A stretch of 64,000 bases of DNA from Eledone cirrhosa (lineage: Eukaryota): the NCBI GenBank assembly GCA_964016885.1, contig OZ024741.1, positions 57,846,001-57,910,000 on the forward strand, read 5' to 3'. Positions 42,770-56,011 of the stretch are shown here, piece after piece. The notes beneath the pieces are model-generated. The model was not told where the DNA came from, searched no databases, and was given only the letters and a program-made list of their open reading frames with translations. Position 1 is the stretch's first letter; every line of letters starts with the position of its first letter. A program made the translations under genes and the position numbers.

Positions 42770-43140
42770 AAAGAAGCTGATTTTCAAATCAGACCAAAGA
42801 AACAATTTTTCCATTGGTCTTTCAATTGCTGATACTATTTGCTGGGCACAACTCCTAGCAGAAGAAAGGAACAGATCATCAGATCAGACCAATGAAGCAG
42901 TGTTGTAGTGTTTCCATTGGTCTTTCTATTACTGATAATACCTACCAGGCACAATTCTTGGCATAAAGAAAGGAACCAATCTTCAGGCTGGACCAAGCAA
43001 GCAATGTCTCCTTTAATCTTTCCATTATTGATATTGTTTGTTGGTTGAAACACTTGACAGAAAAAAATGAGCCAATTTTCAGATTAGACCAAGGAGGTAA
43101 TGTTTCCATTGGTCTTTCCATTGCTGGCACTATCTATTGG
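42770..43140. repeat. Degenerate ~100 bp tandem repeat, 4 units
   Basis: Recurrent cagatcagaccaa...tttccattggtctttc.attgctg. Confidence 0.75.
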
Positions 43141-43809
43141 TCCTAACTCCTTACAGAAGGGGTGGGATTTAAACCTAGAACACACAATACTGGATCAGAT
43201 ACCACAAAGTATGCTGTCTGACTCTTTAACAATTCCATCTACAGGCTGACCCTATGCTAATACTTTATTTACTCGCCCCAAAGGATGAAAGGCAAAGTTA
43301 ACCTGAGTGGGATTTGAGCTCAAATTGCAGTTAACTGAAACAAATACTGTGGCATTTAATCTAACACCTTAACATCTCTACCAAATTAATCACCTAAATG
43401 AAAAATAGGTAAAAATAGGCGAGTGTTGTAATTTGCTTGAAACAGTGGAAAATGTAGAAAACAACAGGTTCTTTTAGAAGGATAAAGCAATGCAAATAGG
43501 ACATTAAATGTTAGAAATAAAGATAACAAAGATGTTAGAATGTTACCCTGGTGTTTAATTAGTCCTTGATAACAATTGTTTTCTATCTCAGATGAAGACT
43601 CAATGAGTTAGATGTCTATCTATATACTCCATGTCATATGAACTCATTAACTCTTTTGTTCTCATATTTCTAATGAAATACTTTGTATTTTGATTAATTA
43701 ATGAAGAAGTTGGAGAGGATTTACTAAAATTATAATTTCATTAATATGGTATTTGTAGCATAACAAAATGTTCTTATATAAAATTACATTGGAAGGTTTT
43801 AAATTAAGT

Positions 43810-44807
43810 AGGAACCCTGCAGAATATGAGAGTGCAGTAAAACTTCGCAACGAAACCCAGTAACTTCTGCCATGTCTATAAAGAGGTGTGTGGTCTTGAA
43901 TTGTCATGATGAAAGACAATGTCTTTATGATTAACAAGAATAAGTGCTGGAAACTTCTAGTTGATCACTGCATTTAATTTGTCCAGCTGGTCACAATACA
44001 CATCCAAATTGATGGTCCTGTTTGTGGTAAGAAGCTTGTAAATGACAACACCCTTCCAATCCCACCAAATTGAAACATAGCCTTCTTTGAGTGAAGTCCT
44101 GCTTTCAAAGTTGTTTGTGGTAGTTTGCCATACTTCCCACATAATCATTTGCTCATCACATTGTTATAGACAATCCATTTTTTGTCCCTTGTCACCATTC
44201 TATTTTTAAAAATATCCTTTTCTTAATGTTTCTTCAATAAATCATAAATGGAAATCAGTTGGGCAAAGTTAGCCTCATTCATTTCATGTGGAACCCAAAT
44301 ATTAAGCCTACTGACGTAACCAAGTTGATGCAGATAGTTTTCAACACTTGATTTGAATATTTGGAGAATATCTGTAATCATCCTAGTCATATAGCAAGGG
44401 TTAGTGTCAACTAACTTATTTATTTTTTCACTGTTAATCTCAATTGGTCAGCCAGAGCATGCTGCATCTTGAATCAAAACATTTCCCAATTGAAATCTTG
44501 AAAACCACTACTGGTACATACATTCTCTAATAGCATCTCTCTACACAATGCATATCTTCCTGCAGATTTCTGCAACTTTCTTGCTTTTTTAAAATAAAAA
44601 ACACAAGATGTCAATAATGTTTCTTTTGGTTCACCATTTTCAGGATGACCGCAAACATACAAAATACAACCTGTTTTATCGCAAGTTCACGTCAACCTAT
44701 GTTGAATTATTATGTATCTGAGTGTGCATGTATAAGGGACAGACTTATTAGAGGGCTTAAAGTTTAGTGTCAATAATGACCAAACATATTTTTTGGCCAA
44801 CCCAATA
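43810..44807 (-). mobile_element. Tc1/mariner transposon remnant
   Basis: SIWWDWKGVVIYKLL..NRTINLDVYCDQLDKL and QDHTPL (HDNARP-like) motifs; TIR TATTGGGTTGGCCAAAA at 44791-44807; the other TIR is missing. Confidence 0.85.
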
Positions 44808-46235
44808 TCATTATTATTATTATTTAGCAGTATTGGTAGAACGTCAGACACTATGCTTTACAGCATAGTTACATACCTTTATGTTCTGTGTTAGCTTTGC
44901 CTTTCATCTTTACAGGGTCAATAAAATAAAACACCAGTAATACACTAGGGTCAATTTAATCGCCTTTCTCCTCCCCCAAAACTGCTGGCCTTGTGCCTAA
45001 AGTAGAAAACATTATTATTATTATGACTATCTTAGTCTCATTGGTGTCTTTGCTCTTATTTTAACTCACTTTTCTTTTACATCCCACACTATATCAATTT
45101 ATCGCTGGTTAAAACAAAAATAAACAAACACTGATACAATAAATTATTCCTCCTTTCAAACTTTTAATATTGCTTTTGTCCCCAACACTTTCTTTCTTTC
45201 TTTAGACAGCAGCCATGCTGGTGAACTACATTAAAGGGATTCAGTTGATCATATCAACCCTGATACTTATATATCTTTTAAAAATCTGCTACTTATTTTA
45301 TCGCTGTCTTTTTTGTTAAACTGCAATTTTATGAGACATAAACAAACACCAGCTCAGATACAAACATAAATACAGACATGGACATGCTTACATGTACAAA
45401 CATACACAACTTGCAGAAGCCTGTTATATATATCATCATCGTCATCACCATTTAATGTTTATTTTCTATGCCTGCATGGGTTAAGAGGCTGTCACCTGTT
45501 GAGGCCAGACTGGTCAGGTGACTAGGTCCTGCTCATATGCTTTGTTTTGGCATGGTTTCTATGGCTAGATGTCTTTCCTAACAACAATCCCTTTACAGCA
45601 TGTACTGGGAACATTTTATCAAGACACTGACACAACCACCTTACTGGGTGGACAGGGTGCTTTCCATTGTGACACTGGCACTACTAGCTTACAGAGTGGA
45701 GAGGATGCTTTGTTGTGGCTCAGGCACTACCCCATTACAGCACTATTATATAATGTGTGTGTGTGTGTGTGTGTGTTACTAAGTTGAGGAATCAAACCCA
45801 TAACCTTATGATCATGAGTCTGACACCCCTAACCACTAGGCCATGCACCGTCATAGATAATACTCTGTTATAAGTCACATAGAATCTTTTGTTTGTCCCA
45901 TACAGCTGAATATAAAGCAGTGTCTAACATTTAAATATACAGGGTTATAACTATGTAACCTGACCACATTTATAGTTCCATATTGTAGAGAGTTAATAAC
46001 AGCAACTCTATCATTAAAGATCTTATTTGACAATTGTTCCTTTTACAATTATTTGTCGAACCATTACATTCATCATATGAGGATACGCTTGTCTATTAGA
46101 TATGTGTGTGTGTATGTATGCATGTGTACACACACACACATATATAAGAAATGAAGAAATATCTTCTATACATACATTTATTTATATGTAATTATATGCA
46201 ATGTATTATGTTTGTGTGTGTATATATATTCATTT

Positions 46236-46281
<46 letters not shown>

Positions 46282-46589
46282 AAATGAAGAAATATATTAT
46301 ATTTACACACATATTTTATGTGATTATATCAAATGTGTAATGTATTAGGTGTGTATGCACATATATATATATATACATATTCAAAATGAAGAAATATACT
46401 GTATGCATACATTCATGTATTTATATACATTGTATTGTGTGTATATATATATATATATTAGAAATGACGAACTATACTGTATGCATATATATATATTTAT
46501 ATGTAATTATATTTAATATTTATATGTGTGCTTATTTTATTCCTCACATTCAATCAAACAATATTATCAAATGAAAATATCAATAAACT

Positions 46590-46862
46590 TAGTAGATAAA
46601 GCTTATGGAATCACTGAACTTTTGTTAAAGGGATTCCTCTAATGCAGATTTATGATTTTCCCTTTTATAAATAACACCTTTCATTTATGAAAGGGATATA
46701 TAAATAGTCTATTTGCTCAATGATGCAAAACTTGATAATACTAAAGCCTTTCAAAATAAGTTTGATACCTATTGCAAATATAGTTGAGACTCTGAATGAA
46801 GTTATTTTCATTTTGTAAGTCACTTATTGTGGAATAAAGAAGGTTCTTAGCTTGATAAATTC
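46590..46862 (-). pseudogene. Exon-like segment, phase-1 start, 3' end uncertain
   Basis: ttttacaag acceptor; reads (G)IYQAKNLLYSTISDLQNENNFIQSLNYICNRYQTYFERL*YYQVLHH*ANRLFISLS*MKGVIYKR... Confidence 0.5.
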
Positions 46863-47029
46863 CTTGTAAAATTGTAGAATTTATTGAAGGTGGTGGTGGG
46901 GATGGTGATGATGGTGTCGACGGTGTTTTATAATGGCTAGAAGCCATAATTGAAGATTATTACGAAAACTTCAAAATAACGTGTGTGCGTGTGTGCGTGT
47001 GTGCGTGTGTGTGTGTGTGTTGAGCCTCC

Positions 47030-47310
47030 ACCAGTGTACTAGGTGTATTTTTTCATGTCACCAGCACTACCACTCTATACAGAATATTGTATATTTTATT
47101 GTGTCACCAGCACTACCATTTTATACAGAATATTGTGTATTCTATTGTGAAACCAGCCCTACCACGTTATACTGTGGACTGTGAGTAGTTTTTATCATGG
47201 AACTAGCATTACCACTTTATACAGAATACTGTGTGTAGTTTATCATAGAACCAGCATTACCATTTTACAGAGTATATTGCATTTATTTTATTGAGGCACC
47301 AACACTAAAG
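47030..47310. repeat. Degenerate ~52 bp minisatellite
   Basis: Recurrent accagcactaccactttatacagaatattgtg. Confidence 0.7.
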
Positions 47311-47387
47311 AGGTTATCATATGCTCAGCCAGACTGAAAAATCCTCTCTATCCCATAATGTCTCTGTTTGATCACCAACAATTTTAC

Positions 47388-47741
47388 CATTATCTAAGTT
47401 AAATTTTCTTGTAGTCACAAACGTTGGAACTTTTGTCACTATAAGTAGTAAACCTCTTCCATGAAAGAAAATGGTAGTTGTTTCCAACATATCGAAAATG
47501 TTAAAGGAATTCTTGCTGTCAATTCTTGCTGTTTAAGAGTTTTTCAGGGACTAAATAGACTAACACAAACTGCCACGAAAGACGTTATTAAATATCTGAA
47601 AACATCTTTTCATCTTTGAAGCTTGGAGCTAAGGAAGCTTAAATTTCAAACAGGGATTTTGAAGTATAGAAATGAAATGGTTTTGTTCTCAATTGTTAAA
47701 GTACAATTACTGGGATTCGATAAATCGAAAATATACATGAC
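47388..47741 (-). pseudogene. Exon-like segment, 354 bp, with a 13-bp frameshifting duplication
   Basis: ttttgcag acceptor and ATG|gtaaaa donor; removing the duplication at 47508-47532 gives a single phase 2-1 frame. Confidence 0.55.
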
Positions 47742-48084
47742 CTGCAAAATGGATTCAAATGATACAACATCAAATTACATACATTATCAACCATAACACA
47801 CCATGAGTGTGTTTGTATACACTTACACTCACTCATATAATGACACTTTGTGTTCCTACTCATTACTAAGGCTGCCTATTGGTTGTTTTGTTTTCACTCT
47901 TCATTTTCGATTTTTTTTGTCTTTACTCAGACTTTTTTTCTGTTTCTCCTTTGTGACCCTATCTCTAATTTGTACTCCTGAAGAAGGGCTAAAGCCCGAT
48001 ATGTGGAACTTTCTTTCCTCTTTCCAATATAAAGTATGAAACTAATAAGACTTTTTGTACCTCTGTTTGTTGTCTCCTTGAACT

Positions 48085-48740
48085 ATGAGAAATTAGGAAT
48101 AAGAGGGATCAGATGTTGTTTACTCGACAAAAGACTACGTTGGTATGGTCACTTGATGCGCATGAAAGACGACAGTTGTAAAAAAAAGTGCAGGGCGATC
48201 AAAATTGATGGAAGTTACGGAGTAGGTAGACCCAGAAAAACCTGGGACGATTTGATAAATTCCGACCTTACACACACCTCTCTAAGACAATGTCACTGGA
48301 CCGAGATCTTTGGTGCCACGCAGTAATACAGAAGACCCGTCTTGCCTATGTACAAAGTGAAACCTACAGTCAGTAGGCACCTCTTAACCAAATATACACC
48401 CCAACCCACTTCCCCTACTCCATCCTCCCACTCCCACCAACACCACCCTTTCTCTGTAAAGTTATGTTGGTACCACAACATCCAGTCCAAACTAATGAAG
48501 TCGTGTAGGTGTCACAGCAAAAAAAAACACAGTCCACACTGTAATGTAGGTAACACGGTAAAAAGCTCCCAGTCGACACTGTAAATGTGGTTGGTGTTAG
48601 GAAGGGCATCCAGCCGTAGAAAACCTGCCAGACAGTCTTATACGAGTGGTCACCCGACCAATCTTGCCTCAAATGGAACAATTCCCATCTAACCCATGCT
48701 AGCGTAGAAGATAGACATTAAACGATGATGATGGTGATGA
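48085..48740 (+). mobile_element. RTE LINE 3' fragment (subfamily C)
   Basis: EKLGIRGI..RLRWYGHLMRM..GRPRKTW, 3' UTR and (TGA)n; matches 55280-55960. Confidence 0.88.
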
Positions 48741-48953
48741 TATATACAAACTAACGCACACACTTGTTCTGACATTACATTTTTTCCTGTAAATAGTTGT
48801 TTCTAAAGTTACTCATATGTTTAATATTGTTTTCATTTGTGAAACATTAAGGACATTTGAAAATATTTTGATTTGTGAAGGTAGTTACAATATAGTTGAA
48901 CTATAAACAATAGTTGAATAGGTCAGGAAAAGCACTTCTGAAGACAGAATTAC

Positions 48954-49256
48954 CTGCAGGAATCAAACCCTACATCTATCCAGTCAGGTGCATAGTTTAA
49001 TTTCAACAGGCGATTTTGTTTGCAGGGGTACTTTAACCAATCTATTTTACAATTATTGATATTTCAACTGCATTTTGGCTGCCTTCAAAAAGCAAAATAC
49101 ATTATGCATTATAGTATTATAGAACATTATAGCATTTAGCTTGTGATACAACTCCCACCAGAATCCATTTGGTGATACAACTCCCACCAGAATCCATCTT
49201 TGAAGATTTCGCTTCATTTTTTGTATCTCAGAACTTTGATCATATGCCATCTAAAT
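48954..49256 (-). pseudogene. Exon-like segment with a 29-bp tandem duplication
   Basis: tgttttag acceptor and CAG|gtaatt donor; the 3' part KIDWLKYPCKQNRLLKLNYAPDWIDVGFDSC ends in phase 2, matching the next exon; duplication at 49143-49197. Confidence 0.5.
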
Positions 49257-49954
49257 CTAAAACAGGTTATATTCTTTTATTCTTTTACTGGTTTCAGTCA
49301 TCAGACTGCACTGCCTTGGTTGAATAGATCATATTGACCCCAGTAGTTATTTATTCAAGCGTGCTGGCTTACCTCAAAAATCATTAGGGAGGTTTTCCAG
49401 TGCTCCTTGCGGTATCATTATCTTTTGTTCTGGCAGCAGTTCGTTTGTCCACCCCTTTTGCTTGCCTTTTGTTGTATGTGGTCCTAGATGTGTGTATTAC
49501 CTGTTTGTGTGTTTTTTTTTCCTTTCCCCTTTTCTTTTTATATGTAATATTATGATGACGGTTATGTTGACAAAATAAATAAATGGTCTTTATTTAAATC
49601 TGATATTTATTTTATTGATCTCTTTTCTCTTGAGCTGTTAATTTGTGCCACATAAACAAACACACACATACACATAACAGACATCTGTATTTTTCATCCA
49701 CCAAATTCCACTGACAAGGCTTTGGTCAAACTGAGACTATAGTAAAAACACATGCCCAAGGTTGCACACAGTAGGATTAAACCCCAAACCACATGGTTTC
49801 AAAGCAAACTCCTTAACCACATAGACATGCCTGCATCTATGTAAAAACAAAAACAACAAAAAAAAAAACTAATAAAATTCAAAAAAATTCTAGATTGTCT
49901 ATCAATATGGATGATGAATAGGAAGACATTTATAGCGAGATAAAAGTGTTTGAC

Positions 49955-50111
49955 CTTCCGAGCAATGGGTCAACCGTCCAGTCACTGGAATGGTGGAAAA
50001 TCTCGGATGTAAACTTGGATGTTGATATAAAATCTGTTTAATTTCCGTTGCAGTAATACATCAAACTTCATCAATGAAAAATCTGTCCATCGTTAGTAAT
50101 TGATTTTACAG
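49955..50111 (-). pseudogene. Exon-like segment with a Walker-B-like motif
   Basis: Reads L*NQLLTMDRFFIDEV*CITATEIKQILYQHPSLHPRFSTIPVTGRLT; splice sites are weak. Confidence 0.35.
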
Positions 50112-50700
50112 CTTGAATAATTTATATTAATGTTAAACACCATGGAATTTGTTAACATAAACTTTGCCCTTCACTCATGTATTTATGCTACCAATATAAA
50201 AATTAATCATTAAAATAGATAATAGGTCGTCGTTTTTACATGTAGTAGGGACAAGATTGATAGCTCGTTTGTGAAGGCACATGGCTTAGTGGTTAAGGTA
50301 TTAGCCTTACAATCATAAGGTCATAGGTTTGATTCCTAGCAGCATTGTATGTCTTTGAGGAAAACACTTTATTTCACATTGCTCCAATCCACTCAGCTGG
50401 CAAAAATCCGTTGTACCTGTAATTCAAAGGGCAAAACTTGTTACACACTGTGTTGTTGTTACACTGAGTTTCCCTGATGAATATGCTAAGAGTACACATG
50501 TCTGTTGAATACTCAGACACGTCCATGATAATTTCATGAACGGACAGTTTCATTGTTCAAACAACTCAAACATTGATCATCAGAACCACTGGATGCCCGT
50601 CATGCATTGTTGTTCATTTTGTATTAGATTTTGAAAGCTGCAGATGATGTATAGATATGTATAAACGCAACTTGAATCTATTGGCTAACCATATGTAATC

Positions 50701-50920
50701 TGTGGGGATGGTGTGGTGGTGTGGAGGAGGTGACCGGAAGCTGGGGACGATTGACCAGAGGCGGAAGAGGAAGTGACGTGAGATGCGTACCCAGGAGCAT
50801 CCGGGGACTCTCTTTTCGGCTGTGACACACGACGAATGGATGATACCCACGTGGATGAGCCTAGCTCGCTGAGTAGTGACCTAGCAGAATTGCAGTGAGT
50901 GCAGTAGCTTTCTCATTACA
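50701..50920. mobile_element. Short solo-LTR-like element
   Basis: TG...CA flanked by TAATC on both sides; an alternative end at 50955 gives terminal IRs TGTGGGGATG/CATCCTTACA. Confidence 0.55.
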
Positions 50921-51077
50921 TAATCATTACTAGCTGTGGGTGTATCATCCTTACATTTATAAATTATATTACTTAATAGACATTTCCTCACTAAAGGGCA
51001 GTTGTCACTATTATTGCAATTGCAGCTAAAACTCAGATCAGGGTTGTCTATATTTCTGTGGTTAGATAATTTAGCTA

Positions 51078-52238
51078 TGTTAGATAGAGTAATGTTTTGT
51101 GCGAGGTTGTCAGTTGTGGAATATGATATCTTATGATATTAATGTGCTAAGGAGAAATACTTCCTAATTAATGGAAGAAAAGCTTTAGCTTTTAGCAGTA
51201 TGAAAGTTGAATAGTCGCCACTTTAACAGGGTAGATGATTGAAGGTCGTTAGTTGCCAGTGTGGTAAGTGATAGTATCCTCGTTGGATTATCTTGTCGAC
51301 ATAGACGTGAGGGAAGGTCCCTCGATCTATTTACCATCTTAGTATTTACAATATTCCTTTCGTCAGGTCGCCAATTCCAGCAGCATGGATTATAGATGTT
51401 ATTGAGACACGAGTAACATAATAATGATTTCAACAGCAGAAATTAGAGATGAAATGTATGTTTATTTTTGATGTAGCACAAACAATGTTTGTTAACTTAT
51501 ATGGTTGAAGTTACAGATAAAAAGAGATTACAAAAGAGAATGTGCCATTGCGCCGAAAAGCCGGCGAGGCTAGGGTGCAATATCTCACCATTACATTATG
51601 CGTGTTGCTGGTTCGAAGTTTCTGGTACAAGAGAGAGATTCTTCAAATCTTCGCGGGGAATTTCTTCCTCAGGGCGCGTAGGGATACATCCTCTTCTACT
51701 GGCGCTGATTGGCTGAACTGAGCCAAATCACGCACAGAGAATGTATGTGAGCCTGCGGAATGTAGGTCACTACATCACCTCCGAGCAGATTTTCAGCCGA
51801 AAATCGATAACGAAGAAACCAAGGACCCAGATATTATTGAATCAGCAAGAACAAATGCTGAAAGAGCACATCAGTGAAAAAATAATTGAGCAGAAAGATT
51901 CATGCAAGAACAAAAAAAATTAGGCGCGACGGGCCGTGTTGAGCCGCTGTCAAATGACTAGCTGTTTTGTAGTTTAAACGAGACCCTCAAGGGCCTACCA
52001 GAAAACAGATAAAGTCTGACATGGGCAAAGTTGCTGTTCTTGCATTAAATGTTAATGGTAAGCGTTGTACCAGTAGCTGTGAACGAAGCTATTATGGTAG
52101 TTTACCAGTGCTGGCGAGAAAATGATGGCCCCCAGATGTATTGTCGAATGCGCTGTGGAGCCAGGAAAAATTGGCTGGTTGCTTTGTAAAGAAAAAAAAA
52201 GCAAGTTAAACTAAGCCCGCGGAATGTAGGTCACTACA
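51078..52238. mobile_element. Possible LTR-derived element
   Basis: TG...CA with flanking AGCTA; the terminal ~25 bp (gcggaatgtaggtcactaca) is repeated at 51750-51774. Confidence 0.4.
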
Positions 52239-52469
52239 AGCTATTGGTGTAGCCATTTCCAGATTATATGGTGGATAATACCATATAATGCATATAGATC
52301 TATTTTTCCTAATTTAGTGCTCACATTTAGTGCATACTACCTTATCTAGATACCCAGTCTGAGCAAGAGCTTCATTGTAATATGTGTAATGGTCAGTGAA
52401 AATTTTCTCGTTAGCTGATAAACGATAAAGTCTCATTGAAGCTTTCTCATTTATCAGCTAACAAGTAGG

Positions 52470-53160
52470 TCTTCTTTGATCTTCCTCTACAGGGAATTTT
52501 GTTCTACTGGGATTTCCTGGCACTTCAACCAACGATCATCGTCCATGTGCATCACATGTCAATACTAACATGATCTTCTTTCTTGCCCACTACTTCTGAT
52601 TTCTCTTAAACCAAATTTTTTTCTCAGTTCATTCAAGCTCTGCTATTTTCTCACATTAACATTACATTTTCATCAAAGCATGCTTGCTTCATTTTGCTTC
52701 AGTTTACTCTGTAAAGTGGTCGTTTTGGTGCCACAACAAAAAAGTACCAGTCAACACTGTAAATATGGTTGTTGTTAGGAAGGGCATCCAACTGTAGAAA
52801 CCAGGCTGAAACATTCTGGATATCAAGTGGACCAACTGAGTCACCAACACTGAAGACCTCAATCATACTAAGATATCCAGCATATTCACCTTGCTCCAAT
52901 AGTGTTGACTGCACTGGCTTAGGTCACATAATTCATATACCGGACCGGAGGATCACCAAGACCTAGTATATAGGGAATTGACCACCAGCACAGGAGCATG
53001 TGGAGCACCTCATCTTTATTTCAAATGGGGGAGAGTATCTTCAAATGCAGTCACTGCATACGTGACTGTCACTCTCATGTGGGCCTGTACAGTCACAACA
53101 GATGCACCAGCAGCTGGAGTTGAAACAAAATTCTCCAGGTGCTGATCCATGGTGTTTTGA
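52470..53160. mobile_element. Mixed degraded RTE and SINE fragments
   Basis: Minus-strand RTE C-terminus at 52470-52700; SINE module at 52700-52810; plus-strand RTE C-terminus (LGHIIHIPDRRITK) afterwards. Confidence 0.6.
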
Positions 53161-53307
53161 GACTGACAGATGCTAATAATAATGATAATGATGATTTCTA
53201 CTATAGGCGCAAGGCCAACAATTTTGGGGGAAAGGGAAAGTCGATTAAATCGACACCATATATGTATATATATATATATGGATATATATGTGTATATATA
53301 TATATAC

Positions 53308-53375
<68 letters not shown>

Positions 53376-53382
53376 ATATGTA

Positions 53383-53429
<47 letters not shown>

Positions 53430-53436
<7 letters not shown>

Positions 53437-53630
53437 TAAACAAATAATGAATAAACAATTCCTTATATTAAACAAAAAAAGTTCATTATTTAACGATCGT
53501 TTCTAGGATATATATGTGTTAGAGTTGGCATGCATATTCAACAGATCTATGTACAAAATTATACAAAATTATACAAACTATCAAGATTAAATATACATAC
53601 CAACACATATATACGCCGTCTTCAGAAATA
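53430..53630 (-). ncRNA. Second copy of the long-stem-II hammerhead cassette, inside (TA)n
   Basis: Reverse complement of about 5799-6007; CTGAAGA at 53625-53619; GAAACGATCGTT at 53503-53492. Confidence 0.72.
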
Positions 53631-53660
53631 TATATATATATGTATATATGTATATATGTA

Positions 53661-53763
<103 letters not shown>

Positions 53764-53779
53764 ATATATCTCACTTTTA

Positions 53780-55960
53780 CTAATAAGAAAGTAGCTTGGA
53801 AGTGTCACTACGAGAGGCTACTAAATGAGGAGAATAAATGGGAAAAAGATAGTCTGCACCAAATCGATCCAATAGAAGGACCAGCGGTGCAAGTTAAAGG
53901 TAGTATAATAAGTAAGGCAATTAAAGATATGACAACAGGCAAGGCAGCTGGGCCTTCGGAGATAGTTGCTGAGATGTTGAAAGCATCTGGAATGGTGGTA
54001 CATACTATGGTCACCCGGATAGTAAACCAAGTAATACAGAATGGGGTCATACCAAAAGACTGGCGCAGTAGCATCATCATTAACTGCTACAAGGGTAAAG
54101 GGATGCTCTAGATAGAGGAAACTATAAAGGCATTAAGTTAGTTGACCAGGTCATGAAGGTCACAGAAAGAGTTATAGCGCAACTAATCAGAGAGTGAATT
54201 GATCTAGATGAAATGCAGTTTGGGTTTGTGTCAGGTAAAAGTACCACAGACACTCTTTTCTTTGTACGACAACTACAGGAGAAGTACCTAGCTAAAAGTA
54301 TACCCCTCTACTTAGATTTTGTAGAGCTGGAGAAAGCCTTTGACAGAGTCCCCTGCTCCATTATCTGGTGGGCTCTTAGAAAACTAGGTGTAGATGAATG
54401 GCTTGTGAGAGCTATACAAGCCATGTATAAAGAAACCGTCAGTAAGGTTAGAATTAACAATGAATATAGTGAAGAATTTAGTATAAAAGTTGGTGCTCAT
54501 CAAGGCTCTGTCCTTAACCCCCTCCTATTTTGTATTGCCCTTCAGGCGGCTATAACAGAGGAGTTTAAGACAGGCTGCCCATGGCAACTTCTATACGCAG
54601 ATGATCTAACCCTCATAGCTGAATGTATGGCTGAACTAGAGAAGAAATTCCAAACATGGGAGCATGGCCTAGAATCAAAAGACCTTAAATTTAACTTGCC
54701 TAAGACTAAAGTTCTAGTATCTAGAAAGGAAAATAGGGCACAAGTGCCCTCTGGGAAAAGGCCATGCTCAGTGTGTAAGAAAGGAATAGGTAGAAATTCC
54801 ATTTTATGTCCCAAATGCAAACTATGGGTACATAAAAGATGTAATGGGATCACAGGTAAGCTATCTAAGAATGTAGATTTTATATGTGGCCGATGCTCAG
54901 GTGCAATAAGTAGCAAGTGCCCACAGGATACTAGTTCCTTCTATTGCCCAGATGGTTCTATAGAAATAGTGGACACTTTCCGTTATCTGGGTGACAAAAT
55001 CAGTAGCAGTGGAGGGTGTTCTGAAAGTACAGTAGCCAGAGTCAGAACGGGATGGAAAAAGTTCAGAGAGCTTATACCGCTGTTGGCCACAAAAGCTTTC
55101 TCTCTAAAAATGAAAGGCAGATTGTATGATGCCTGTTTATGAACAGCAATGCTACATGGCAGTGAGACATGGGCATTGTGTGCAGAGGACCTGCACAGAC
55201 TGGAAAGGAACAAAGCATGCATGCTCCGTTGGATATGTAATAGTAATATATGCGAACGGAAAAACATAAATAAACTAAGTGAGAAATTATGAATAAGAGG
55301 GATCACATGCTGTTTACTCAAGAGAAGACTACGTTGGTATGGTCACTTGATGCGCATGAAAGACGACAGCTGTATAAAAAAGTGCAGGGCAATCAAAATT
55401 GATGGAAGGTACGGAGTAGGTAGACCCAGAAAAACCTGGGACAATTTGATAAATTCCGACCTTACATACTTGCAACTCTCCAAGACAATGTCAGTGGACC
55501 GAGATCTTTGGCGCCATTCAGTAATACAGAAGACCCCGCCTTGCCTATGTACAAAGCGAAACTTACAGTCAGTAGGCACCTCTTAACCAAATATACACCC
55601 CAACCCACTACCCCTACTCCATCCTCCCACTCCCACCAACACCACCCTTTCTCTGTAAAGTTGGTATCACAATATCCAGTCCAAATTAATGAGATAATGA
55701 GATCGAGATAGTGTAGGTGTCACGACAAAAAAATACACAGTCCACGCTGTAATGTGGCTGTGTAAGTAACACCCTAAAAAGCTCCCAGTTCATACTGTAA
55801 ATGTGATTGGTGTTAGGAAGGGCATCTAGCCGTAGAAAACCTGCTAGATAGTCCTATACGAGCGAGACACGGTCACCCAACCAACCTTGCCTCAAATTGG
55901 AACAACTCCCGTCCAACCCATGCTAGCGTGGAAGATAGACGTTAAACGATGATGATGATG
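53780..55960 (+). mobile_element. 5'-truncated RTE LINE (subfamily C)
   Basis: RT ORF 54213-55142 (LEKAFD, QGS, YADD), C-terminus, long 3' UTR and (TGA)n. Confidence 0.95.
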
Positions 55961-55970
55961 ATATATATAT

Positions 55971-56004
<34 letters not shown>

Positions 56005-56011
56005 ATATGTA

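Noticed and set aside
47030-47310. CRISPR-like array (also 42770-43140)
   Set aside because: Eukaryotic context, degenerate units without unique spacers, and no cas genes.
42558-47741. Resemblance of exon translations to DNAAF9 or GREB1
   Set aside because: Only short, non-collinear matches.
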